Source: an uncultured bacterium | GTDB taxonomy: Bacteria; Verrucomicrobiota; Kiritimatiellia; RFP12; UBA1067 | Direction: 5' to 3' | DNA length: 60,540 nucleotides | Assembly: GCA_902799715.1 (NCBI GenBank) | Contig: CADCBS010000004.1 | Location: 1-60,540 of the forward strand | Part shown: piece by piece, positions 6,993 through 16,412 of the stretch | Layout: every line of letters begins with the position of its first letter | How positions within the stretch are numbered: position 1 is the first letter of the stretch | Notes under the pieces: generated by a model | Database searches by the model: none | What the model saw: only the letters and a program-made list of their open reading frames with translations | What the model was told of the DNA's origin: nothing | Translations under genes and position numbers: made by a program

Positions 6993-8438
6993 ATGAGAGT
7001 CTTGACAGCCTTGATTTCCATGTCTGCGGCCTGTGCAGCCTTCGCCGACGCGCGGGGACACGGCCCGGACGACTTCAAGGTCGAGCTGCGCGAAGTCGGT
7101 GTGATGCCGGCCGCCGACGATGACGGCGAACAGCCGAAAATGTTTCCGGCCGGCTCCCGCATAGTCGTGCCGCCCGGGAAGCTCGCCGTGTTCCATCTCA
7201 AGTACGACTTCCCCGCAGACGTCAAGTCCATGCTGTTTCTCGAGCCGAACTTCAAGGAGTCCGGACTGGACGAGAATCCGTTCGGCACGAGCGGGTCGAG
7301 GCTTTTGTCCGGCAGTGGATCGGTCACGAGAATCGTCATTCTCGGCGCAGGCGGCGCGGAGCCGTACAAGCAGGCGCTGCTGCTGAAGTCGGTTAGGATC
7401 TCCGGCGAAATAGAATCGGCCGAAGGCGCGCCGCGAAACGACTCGTTCTTCATCTGCGACATTCCGGTGAACGTGCTTTTCGCCGACATTCCGGTGAACG
7501 TGCTTTTCGCCGACAGGGAAGAGAACGGCAAGAAAGCGAAGGTGCTCGAGCCGGAGCCATCACCTGCGCCCGATCCGAAGCTCGGCGTCGCGGATTCCGC
7601 GAAGGCGTCCAGGGCAAAGTCGTCCACGCCCGCAGGATTCACCGACAACCTCGACGAGGCGCTCGCCAAGGCGAAAGCCGAAGGCAAGCTCGTCTACGCC
7701 TGCTTCTCCGGCAGCGACTGGTGCGGCTGGTGCATGAAGCTCGAACGCGAAGTGCTGTCCGATCCGCTGTTCGTGGCGGGCGTGGCGGACGACTACGTTC
7801 TCGTGTTCATCGACTCGCCGCAGGACAAGTCGCGGCTCTCGGAACGGGCGAAAGCCGAAAACGCAAAGCTGACGAAAAAATACGGCATACAGGGCTTCCC
7901 GACGGCGCTCATCCTCGACGGCGACGGGAAAAAGATCGCCGAGACCGGCTACCGCAAAGGCGGCGCGGCGGAGTATGCAAAGCATCTCAAATCCATCAAG
8001 GCGGGAGATTTCATGCCAGACGCGAAATGCGGGGAAGAGCCGCAGAAGGCCCGGCCGAAACCGAAGGCGAAAACCGGTGCGCGCGGAACAAGCCCGAAAG
8101 CCGCCGAAACCATGCGCCGCATGAAGGCGATCGTCCTGCCGGAAGTCAAGTTCAGCCCGAAGACGCCGCTCGCCGATGCCATCGGTGCGCTCCGCGACGC
8201 CAGCATCGACCATGACAGCCCCGAAACCCCCAAGGCGGACCGCGGATTCTCCATGATCCTGACGTGGGGGGATGACGGCGTTCCGTCGCTTCCCGAAATC
8301 AAGATGAAGAACGTCCGGTTCCACGACGCGCTGAAAACCGTCTGCGATGCGGTCCGCTACCGGTTCGCCGTCGAAGAAAACGGAGTCATCGTCGTCGAAC
8401 CCGGCGACAACAGCAAGGCAAGGGAGAATCGCCAATGA
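6993..8438 (+). CDS. Secreted thioredoxin-fold protein (WCGWC active site) with a C-terminal paralogous STN-like domain.
   Basis: Signal peptide MRVLTALISMSAACAAFADA after a GGAGA SD. Thioredoxin_7-like segment GKLVYACFSGSDWCGWCMKLEREVL...YGIQGFPTALILDGDGK. The ORF-track start at 6822 overlaps the previous gene and was rejected. Confidence 0.75.
   Translation: MRVLTALISMSAACAAFADARGHGPDDFKVELREVGVMPAADDDGEQPKMFPAGSRIVVPPGKLAVFHLKYDFPADVKSMLFLEPNFKESGLDENPFGTSGSRLLSGSGSVTRIVILGAGGAEPYKQALLLKSVRISGEIESAEGAPRNDSFFICDIPVNVLFADIPVNVLFADREENGKKAKVLEPEPSPAPDPKLGVADSAKASRAKSSTPAGFTDNLDEALAKAKAEGKLVYACFSGSDWCGWCMKLEREVLSDPLFVAGVADDYVLVFIDSPQDKSRLSERAKAENAKLTKKYGIQGFPTALILDGDGKKIAETGYRKGGAAEYAKHLKSIKAGDFMPDAKCGEEPQKARPKPKAKTGARGTSPKAAETMRRMKAIVLPEVKFSPKTPLADAIGALRDASIDHDSPETPKADRGFSMILTWGDDGVPSLPEIKMKNVRFHDALKTVCDAVRYRFAVEENGVIVVEPGDNSKARENRQ
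7458..7511 (+). repeat. Perfect 27-bp tandem duplication inside the coding sequence (DIPVNVLFA x2).
   Basis: gacattccggtgaacgtgcttttcgcc occurs at 7458-7484 and again at 7485-7511. Confidence 0.95.
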
Positions 8439-10615
8439 ACTTGAAAACACTCACACATACAGCGCGGCGCATCCTGCTTGCGGCTGCGGCCGCTGCGGCG
8501 GCGGCCGCGTCCGCGGGGACGGCTGACGTGAAAGTCTATCCGCAAAGCTTCGAGGCGGGCGGATGGGGGCTTGACGCGCAGTTCATGGACGTGATGGGCT
8601 CGCCGTACCTCATCGCGCACGGGCTCGGCGTGCGCGTCCTCGACGCGAAGGCGCGCGTGGCGTTTCCGGCCGCGGGCAGGTACCGCGTGTGGGTGCGCGC
8701 GAAAAACTGGGCCGACGGCGCGCCGGGCCGCTTCCGCGTACTGGTGGACGGCAAGCCGCTCGCCAAAGAGTTCGGCGCGGGGCCGCGCGAATGGACGTGG
8801 GAGGACGGCGGCACCGTAACGGTCGCGAAAGGCGAAGCGACGGTCGCGCTGCGCGACCTCACCGGCTTCGACGGGCGTTGCGCGGGAATAGTGTTCAAGG
8901 CGGACGGGGACGGTCTCCCTCCCGAAGGCCCGCTGAAGATCGACGAATCGAAGGCGGACGAGACGGTGAAGGCCGACTTCGTCGTGGTCGGCGGCGGAAT
9001 GCCGGGGACGTGCGCGGCCGTGGCGGCGGCGCGGCGCGGCATAAAGGTCGCGCTCGTGCAGGACCGCCCGGTGCTGGGCGGCAACGCTTCCGGCGAAATC
9101 CGCGTATACTGCGCGGGCGAGGCGAAGCACGACATCGTGCGCGAGCTGCGCGGCTTTTTCATGAACCGCGACGTGAACACCCCGCTTTGCGACACGCGCC
9201 GGATGCGGATCGTGCAAGACGAGAAGAACATCGACCTGCACCTCTCCACCCGCGCGTTCGGCGTGGAGATGAACGCGGACGGAACCATCGCCGCCGTGAA
9301 GGCGCTCGACCTGAAGACCAACCGCACGATCCGCTTCGAAGCCCCGCTTTTTTGCGATGCGACTGGCGACGGCTGGGTGGGATACTGGGCCGGGGCCGAA
9401 TGGCGCATGGGGCGCGAGGCGAAGAGCGAGTTCGGCGAATCGCGCGCGCCGGAAAAGCCCGACGGCGACACGCTGGGGGCGTCGATCATGTGGACGAGCG
9501 CCGACGCGAACGCGCCCGTACCGTTCTCCGCGCCCTGGGCGGAGCCGCACGCGCAGGGCGTGGTGGCGGTGAACGGCGAGTGGCGCTGGGAATACGGCAT
9601 CCACCGCGACATGATCGCGGAGGGCGAGGAGATTCGCGACAGGATGCTCCTGGCGATCTACGGCGCGTTCTCGCTTGCGAAGAAGCGTCCGGAAAACGCG
9701 AACAAGACGCTGAACTTCTGCCCATACCTGATCGGCAAGCGCGAGTCGCGCCGCCTGATGGGCGACTGGGTGCTTTCGCAGAAGGACGTCGCGGCCAACA
9801 CGCCGTTCAAAGACGCCATCGCGTCCGGCTCGTGGTCGATAGACCTGCACTACGACGGATACAGGCCCGGCGTGGACTTCCTGGCCAGGAACACCGCCGA
9901 CAGCTGCGGACGGTTCTGGATCCCCTACCGCTCCATCTACTCGCGCAACGTTGGCAACCTCTTCATGGCCGGGCGCTGCTTCAGCTGCACGCACGTGGGG
10001 CTGGGCGCGCCGCGCGTGATCTGCACGCTCTCGCAGATGGGCGTGGCGGCGGGCGAAGCGGCGGCGATGTGCCGCGAGCTGGGCGAAACCCCGCGCGGCA
10101 TCTGGAAAAACGGCCACGTGCGCGCGCTCCAGTTGCGGCTCGGCGGCGGCTTCCCCGGCGTGCCCGATCCCAAGACCGCGGGCTGGGCGATAGTCGACGA
10201 CGAATCCAAAGGCGTGACGTTCGGCAAAGGATGGAGAAAGTCCCGCAACCACAACGGCGGGCAGGTCGGCGGATGGACGCACTTTCCGAACAGAAAAGCC
10301 GCGAAGCACGAACCGGCGACATATCCGCTTCCCGTGAAGAAGGCCGGGCGCCACGTCCTCATGGGCAAGGTGCCGTATGCGTATGAAGCGAAGCCCGGCT
10401 CGGCGACTGCGTTCGAAATCGCCTCCGGCGGGAAAAAGACGCCGTTCACGGCCGACCAGGCGCAATCCACCGGACAGTGGGTGAAGCTCGGCGAGTTCGA
10501 CCTCGAACCGGGCGCGACGCTTACCATAATACCTGCGAAGTCGAAAGGCCATGTCGCCGCCGACGGCTTCGCGCTGATATCGCAAGAACAACAGAACAAG
10601 GAGAAAAAGCAATGA
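8435..10615 (+). CDS. Secreted FAD-dependent oxidoreductase (FAD_oxidored family) with N- and C-terminal carbohydrate-binding-like extensions.
   Basis: Dinucleotide-binding motif DFVVVGGGMPGTCAAVAAARRGIKVALVQDRPVLGGNASGE. Signal-like N-terminus. ATGA overlap with the upstream stop. Confidence 0.75.
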   Translation: MNLKTLTHTARRILLAAAAAAAAAASAGTADVKVYPQSFEAGGWGLDAQFMDVMGSPYLIAHGLGVRVLDAKARVAFPAAGRYRVWVRAKNWADGAPGRFRVLVDGKPLAKEFGAGPREWTWEDGGTVTVAKGEATVALRDLTGFDGRCAGIVFKADGDGLPPEGPLKIDESKADETVKADFVVVGGGMPGTCAAVAAARRGIKVALVQDRPVLGGNASGEIRVYCAGEAKHDIVRELRGFFMNRDVNTPLCDTRRMRIVQDEKNIDLHLSTRAFGVEMNADGTIAAVKALDLKTNRTIRFEAPLFCDATGDGWVGYWAGAEWRMGREAKSEFGESRAPEKPDGDTLGASIMWTSADANAPVPFSAPWAEPHAQGVVAVNGEWRWEYGIHRDMIAEGEEIRDRMLLAIYGAFSLAKKRPENANKTLNFCPYLIGKRESRRLMGDWVLSQKDVAANTPFKDAIASGSWSIDLHYDGYRPGVDFLARNTADSCGRFWIPYRSIYSRNVGNLFMAGRCFSCTHVGLGAPRVICTLSQMGVAAGEAAAMCRELGETPRGIWKNGHVRALQLRLGGGFPGVPDPKTAGWAIVDDESKGVTFGKGWRKSRNHNGGQVGGWTHFPNRKAAKHEPATYPLPVKKAGRHVLMGKVPYAYEAKPGSATAFEIASGGKKTPFTADQAQSTGQWVKLGEFDLEPGATLTIIPAKSKGHVAADGFALISQEQQNKEKKQ

Positions 10616-13205
10616 ACATCCCCCCCCCCCCCCCCCCGCAAGGCGCACCCCGCACCGCATAGCCGCGGCGTTTTCGCTTGCCCTCGCCTTCGCCGCCAAT
10701 GCGGCGACGCCAATCTACTGGAAAGGCGGCAGCGGAACTGAAGCCGAGCCGCGGGATGTCTACAGCAAGGACAACTGGACGGGCAACAGTTCATATTCCG
10801 GCGGTTCCATCGGTCAAAACCCGACTGGTCAGCACAACTTCCACTTCAAGGCAGATTCGCTCACGTATCTGACCAACTGCAGCCCCTCTGCGGTTTCGGG
10901 CAACATTTGCGAGCAGATGATGTTTCATACCGGCGACTACTCGCTCTGCGGTTTCTTCACAACAAAATCAGCGGTTAATGTCGGAGCCGATGCGGGAGAC
11001 GAAGCTATCGTCACAGTCAACGGCGGCAGCGTTACCGTAGGCGCCGAACTCTATGTGGGCGGTACCAGCACGGCGGGCGGTACTGGAACGCTGACGATAA
11101 ACGGCGGCAACGTCGTGGTGGCGTCAGGCAAAAACACGCTCGCGGGCTTTGCCAGCGGCTCCACGGGCACGATAAACCTCAACGGCGGCGTTCTAACGAC
11201 GATGCGCATCGCAAAGGACAAAGGAAAGGGCTACCTCAACTTCAACGGCGGAACACTCCAGGCGAACGCCGACCATAACGAATACATAAAGAGCGGCATC
11301 ACGGTCACCGTTCTTGCGGGCGGCGGCACGATCGACTGCAACGGCAAGAACATCGCGATTGACGCGCAATGGAGCACCGAGAGCACCGGCGGCATGAACT
11401 TCACGGGCGGCAACGGCAACACGATTTCGATTCCCAATAAAAGAGCCATCACATACCCCGGCATTACATCCATTACGCCTGGTACGCGGCTCGCCGTTTC
11501 CAATTTGAGTTACTCCAAGAATCTCATTTCGAATGGAATCGTCGTCGCGGGCGTCCCGGCGGTTGGCGATGTGATCTTCACCTGCACGAGAGGCGAAGGA
11601 AATACGCTTGATGGCGTCAGCCTCGATAACGTGAAGTGCCCCATCGCGCCGGGAACCACGTTCGCCCTTGACGACAGCACGACGAACATCGTCGTCACGG
11701 CCGTCGGAACGCCGCTTGAGAACTACTGGACTGGCAACGCCGGCGACGGCAACCTCAGCAACCCCGCAAACTGGGCGAACGGTGTGCCGGGGAGCGGCGA
11801 AAGCGCCAACATCATCTGTGCAGCCCCTGCTACGCTGACGAAGGGAGACACGTTCGCGCCGGCTTCCATCACGTTCCTCGAAGGTTGCGCGGCGGTGACG
11901 ATCGACGGCGGCACGGCGTTCGAGAACATCACGGAGATAGTCAGCCTTTCTTCGTCTTCGCATACGATTAATGTTCCTGTCCGCTTCACGGGCGACATTC
12001 AGGTCAAGCAGCCGGCGATGGCGGAGACGAGCGATCTCGCGAAGCCGCATGTAACGTTCGCGGGCGGCGCGTATGCCGCGGCTGGATATTCTATCGAAAG
12101 CGGCAATTCCGCCGCAGTCTATTCTCGCTGCATCTTCGGCAAGTACTACCTTGGCAGCACATCGGCGAGCCGCTGGACGGCACAGTATCAGGGCGGCAGC
12201 AAGCGCGTTTGCGTTGCGGACGGCTCCTCGCTCTATGTTCCGTACGCAGGGAATGTCTCGGAACTCTATGTCGCTGCCGGCGCGAAGGTGGACATTGGTG
12301 ACATGAACACAAGCGGTCGTCCTTCCTACCGGGTTTACGGCGAAATGGCCGTCACCAACTTGACGGCGACAGGCTCAACTGCAATATATGCGACATATGG
12401 TCAGAGTTTGGACACCCCGGGTGTGTTCAAGTTCGGCACGGTCACGAATGAGATGTCGAACACCAAAGGCGTACTGTTCTATTTTGCCGATGGAAATGTG
12501 GCGGGCAGCCATGTGTTCTACATTGGCGAAGGCGGTGTGAACTACAAGACTGCGACAACTACAATATATATCGTCGGGCGCGACAGCGAAGGGAACAGCG
12601 AGACGATTCGTCCGTGGTATTCCGACTTCACCATAGGGGCGCGCCCTGGCGATGACAACCCAGCCGGACTCAGGTTCTTCCGCGATGTCGAGTTCTGCAC
12701 GGACGACGAGAACGGCACAGGGCGGACGATAACGCTGGAAGCGAGAACGCAGGTACAGGCGAATAAGACAGCGGCAATCATGGTCTCCGGCTCGGGAACG
12801 TTGAAGGTGACGCAGCCAGATGAAAATGGCGCCCAGCCGACCGTTACGCTGGCGGGCACGGCGACGCTGGAGTACACGGCGAAGACCGCAGACCTCGGCG
12901 CGGCGTCGATCGCGCTCGGCGCGGGAACGAAATTCGCGTTCCAGAACTCCGGCAGCACGCTCGCGCTTCCTTCGCCCATAACATTGCCGGCGGAAGGCGC
13001 GGCTACGCTACGCATCGACGGCGACAGGCTCAACGCCGGCAACACGCATACGATCGCGACCGGCGTCGAGGCCGACGCCGCCGACCACCTGACCGTCGAT
13101 CCCGAGAGCGCGGCGCTTGACGGACGCAAGGCCACCCTTGCTGTCAAAGACGGCAACCTCGTCCTCGAATTCGAATCCAGGGGCCTGACCATAATCATCA
13201 AGTAG
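10612..13205 (+). CDS. Adhesin-like secreted beta-helix protein with autotransporter-associated beta-strand (PATR-like) repeats. The reading frame is interrupted at the C18 tract (phase-variable OFF state or homopolymer assembly error).
   Basis: ATG 10612 has an AAGGAG SD (10598-10603) and an ATGA overlap with the upstream gene. The frame open from 10638 encodes signal peptide ARRTPHRIAAAFSLALAFAANA and continues into the 762-aa ORF (10917..13205). One extra C restores a single ORF. Confidence 0.7.
10620..10637 (+). repeat. Homopolymeric C18 tract (simple sequence contingency repeat).
   Basis: Counted directly: the final c of line 10561, plus 10, plus 7. Confidence 0.95.
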
Positions 13206-13277
13206 CCGGCCGTGCGGCTCCGCCGCCGTCCGCCCCCGCGGGAAACTCGATTCCGCGCCCCCGGAAACGGGAAATTA

Positions 13278-13286
13278 TGGTAAACT
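13278..13286 (+). promoter_or_regulatory. Extended -10 TGgTAAACT located 9 nt upstream of ATG 13296 (predicted leaderless or near-leaderless transcript).
   Basis: Motif read directly. No SD before the ATG. Confidence 0.4.
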
Positions 13287-13295
13287 GCGCTTGCC

Positions 13296-14657
13296 ATGAT
13301 TGCGATAGGAATCGATTCTTCCACACAGGGGACGAAGGCGGTTGCGTACGACACCGCGTCCGGCAGGGTTCTGGCGTCCGCATCCGTGAACTACGGGCGC
13401 GACCTGCCGGAGTTCGGCGCGCCCGACGGGTTCATCCCGGACGCCGACCCGCGCGTGCGGCGGGCGGATCCCGCCATGTGGACGCGCGGGCTGGAGCTTG
13501 CGCTGGCGCGCCTGTACAAGGCCGGCGCGCCGATGGGGGAGGCGGAGGCCGTCGGGGGATGCGCACAGCAGCACGCGACGGTGTACCTTGACGCCGAAGG
13601 CGGATTTTCCCGCCCGCGCAGCCCGATATGGATGGATTCCTCCACCGAGGCGGAGACCGCGGCGTTGGACGCGCGCTTCGGCGACGCGCTGCGGGAGCGC
13701 ACCGGCTCGCCCGCGATAGAGCGCTTCGCCGCCGCGCAGATCATGAAGTTCGCCCGCGAAGAGCCGGAAGCGTGGGCGCGCACGGCAAGGGTGCATCTGC
13801 TCAGCTCCTACCTCACTTCGGTCCTCGCGGGGGAGGAAGGGCCGGTCGACACCGGCGACGGCGCGGGGATGAACCTTCTCGACCTGCGCACGATGGAATG
13901 GGACGCCGGGATATGCGGATTCGCCGCGCCGGGGCTCGCCGGAAAGCTCCCGCGCGTGCACCGTCCGGGCGGCGCGCCGCTGCGCCTTGCGGCGCGCTTT
14001 GCGGAATACGGCCTGAGGCCGGGGCTGCCGGTAGCGCCGTTCACCGGCGACAATCCGGCGTCGCTCGTGGGATGCGGCGCTGAAAAGCCCGGCTGCGCGG
14101 TGATATCGCTGGGGACGAGCGACACGTTCTTCGCCGCCATGCCGGAATTCCGCACGGATCCCGGGGGGTGCGGACACGTGTTCGGCAACCCGGCAGGCGG
14201 GTTCATGTCGCTGACATGCTTCAAGAACGGTTCGCTGGCGCGCGACAGGGTGCGGCGCGAATGCGGGGCCGACTGGAAGTTCTTCGACGAGACGGCGTTC
14301 GCGCTCACGCCGCCCGGGAACGGCGGCAAAAGGGCGTTCCCGTATTTCGAGACGGAGATTTCGCCCAAGCACGCCGCGACCGGCGTGGAGGCGAATTTCG
14401 ACTGGGCTGCGGCCGCGCCGGAGACGAAGATACGGGCCGTGGCCGAAGGGCAGATCGCGAACATGCGCGAGCGCACGCGATGGATAGGGGATTTCGGAAA
14501 GATAATCGCGACCGGCGGGGCGTCGCGCTCGAAAGGCCTGCTTTCGGCGATACGCGACATCTTCGGGGCGGAAGTCGAGACGGCCGATTCCGCGGATTCG
14601 GCCGCCATAGGCGGAGCGCGCATCGCGGCGGCCGCGGCGGGGGAGGGAATGGAATGA
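13296..14657 (+). CDS. xylB: FGGY-family carbohydrate kinase, xylulokinase-like.
   Basis: N-terminal MIAIGIDSSTQGTKAVAYD, FGGY length (453 aa), and context with a XylA-like isomerase. Confidence 0.7.
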   Translation: MIAIGIDSSTQGTKAVAYDTASGRVLASASVNYGRDLPEFGAPDGFIPDADPRVRRADPAMWTRGLELALARLYKAGAPMGEAEAVGGCAQQHATVYLDAEGGFSRPRSPIWMDSSTEAETAALDARFGDALRERTGSPAIERFAAAQIMKFAREEPEAWARTARVHLLSSYLTSVLAGEEGPVDTGDGAGMNLLDLRTMEWDAGICGFAAPGLAGKLPRVHRPGGAPLRLAARFAEYGLRPGLPVAPFTGDNPASLVGCGAEKPGCAVISLGTSDTFFAAMPEFRTDPGGCGHVFGNPAGGFMSLTCFKNGSLARDRVRRECGADWKFFDETAFALTPPGNGGKRAFPYFETEISPKHAATGVEANFDWAAAAPETKIRAVAEGQIANMRERTRWIGDFGKIIATGGASRSKGLLSAIRDIFGAEVETADSADSAAIGGARIAAAAAGEGME

Positions 14658-16342
14658 CGCTTGTCGACTGGATGATGATACTGGGATACTTCGGCGTTCT
14701 CGCCGCGGTGGTGGCGGCCACGCGCCGCCGGCAGGAGACGAGCCAGGACTTCTTCCTCGGCGGACGCTCCGTGGGATGGCTCGCGATAGGCGCTTCGATC
14801 TTCGCGGCGAACATCGGCTCGGAGCACGTGGTCGGCCTGGCGGGGCAGGGGGCGAAGTCGGGGCTTTCGCTTTCGCACCTCGAATTCCACTCGTGGGTGC
14901 TGATCCTGATGTGCTGGGCGTTCCTGCCGTTCTACTACAAGAGCGGAGTGCAGACGATGCCGGAGTTCCTGGAGCGCAGGTTCGGTCCGCGCGCGCGGTG
15001 GATACTTTCGCTCGTCTCGCTGTCGGCGTACGTGCTGACGAAAATATCCGTCACGGTGTACGCGGGCGCGCTGTTCTTCGAGGTGATGCTGCCGGAAGTC
15101 GGCTTCACGGTGGCCGGCGTGGAGGTGACGAGCTTCTGGATAGGCGCGTTCACGACAGTCGCGCTCGCGGGGGTGTACGCGAGTTTCGGCGGGCTGCTCG
15201 CAGTGGTGTACACGGACCTCGTGCAGGCGGGGCTGATCATCGCCGGTTCGCTGTCGGTCACGTACTTCGCGCTGAAGCACCTGGGCGGAACGGTGGACGG
15301 CGGAACGTTCCTCGACGGGTGGGGCGTGCTGAAGGAGACGATAAAGGCGTCGCCCGGGACGAAAGAGGCGTTTTCGCTGTGGCATCCGCTTTCGCATCCG
15401 ACGTTCCCGTGGCTTGGGCTTACGATCGCGTCGGCCACGATAGGCGTGTGGTACTGGTGCACCGACCAGTTCATCGTGCAGAGGACGCTTGCGGCGCGCA
15501 ACCTGAAGAATGCGCGGCGCGGCGCGATATGGGGGGCGATGCTGAAGCTGCTGCCCGTGTTCATCTTCCTCGTTCCGGGGCTTCTCGGCTGGGCGCTGCA
15601 CCAGCACCGTGCGGGCGGGTTTTCGATACCGGTGGACGCCGGCGGGACGCTGCAGGAAGACAAAGTGTTCCCGTCGCTCGTGACGCAGCTCCTGCCGCAA
15701 GGCTTCAGGGGCCTTGTGGTGGCGGGTCTCGTGGCGGCGCTGATGTCATCGCTCGCGTCCCTCTTCAACTCCGTGTCCACGCTCTTCACGGTCGACGTGT
15801 ACAAGAAGCTGCGTCCGCAGTCGACGGAAAGGCGTCTCGTGAAAGTGGGTCGCGTCACGACGGTTTCGATGACGGCGCTGGGGCTGATGTGGGTTCCGGT
15901 GATGCGGTCGCTGTCCGGCGGCGGGCTGTACCAGTACATCCAGGCGGTGCAGTCGTTCCTCGCCCCGCCCATAGTGGCGGTTTTCGTGACGGGGCTTCTC
16001 TGGAAGCGCATGAACGGCCGCGGCGCCGTGTGGGGGCTGGGCCTCGGGTTCGCGCTCGGCATGGCGAAGCTCGCGCTGAACGCCTGCGGCGTGGAGACGA
16101 TTCCGGACTTCTACTATTCCGGCCTTCTGCTGGCGGTTTCCGTGGCGATCATCGTGGCGGCGTCGCTCACCGCGCCCGCCCCGGAACCCGCGCAGATCGA
16201 GTCGCTCACGTTCTCGACCCTGGGGGACGACTTCAAGCGCGAGAACCGCGCTTCGTGGAACGCATGGGACGTGGCGGGCTCGGTGGTCGTGCTCGGATTC
16301 GTGGCCGCCGCATACGCGTATTTCTGGACATGGCTCGACTGA
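14654..16342 (+). CDS. Sodium:solute symporter (SSS/SGLT family) sugar transporter.
   Basis: Multi-TM protein starting MTLVDWMMILGYFGVLAAVV, with SSS-like FFLGGRS and GSEHVVG motifs. ATGA overlap with xylB. Confidence 0.8.
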   Translation: MTLVDWMMILGYFGVLAAVVAATRRRQETSQDFFLGGRSVGWLAIGASIFAANIGSEHVVGLAGQGAKSGLSLSHLEFHSWVLILMCWAFLPFYYKSGVQTMPEFLERRFGPRARWILSLVSLSAYVLTKISVTVYAGALFFEVMLPEVGFTVAGVEVTSFWIGAFTTVALAGVYASFGGLLAVVYTDLVQAGLIIAGSLSVTYFALKHLGGTVDGGTFLDGWGVLKETIKASPGTKEAFSLWHPLSHPTFPWLGLTIASATIGVWYWCTDQFIVQRTLAARNLKNARRGAIWGAMLKLLPVFIFLVPGLLGWALHQHRAGGFSIPVDAGGTLQEDKVFPSLVTQLLPQGFRGLVVAGLVAALMSSLASLFNSVSTLFTVDVYKKLRPQSTERRLVKVGRVTTVSMTALGLMWVPVMRSLSGGGLYQYIQAVQSFLAPPIVAVFVTGLLWKRMNGRGAVWGLGLGFALGMAKLALNACGVETIPDFYYSGLLLAVSVAIIVAASLTAPAPEPAQIESLTFSTLGDDFKRENRASWNAWDVAGSVVVLGFVAAAYAYFWTWLD

Positions 16343-16412
16343 CGCCGGGCCGTTCCCGCGAAAAGGACGCAACCGCAAAAACAAAAGCAAACCCGACGAA
16401 AGGAGAAACGAA

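Noticed and set aside
10678-10872. 64-aa ORF between the poly-C tract and ATG 10917.
   Set aside because: It is in a different frame from the continuous signal-peptide-encoding frame (10638 onward) and has a Ser/Thr/Arg-rich composition with no start context.
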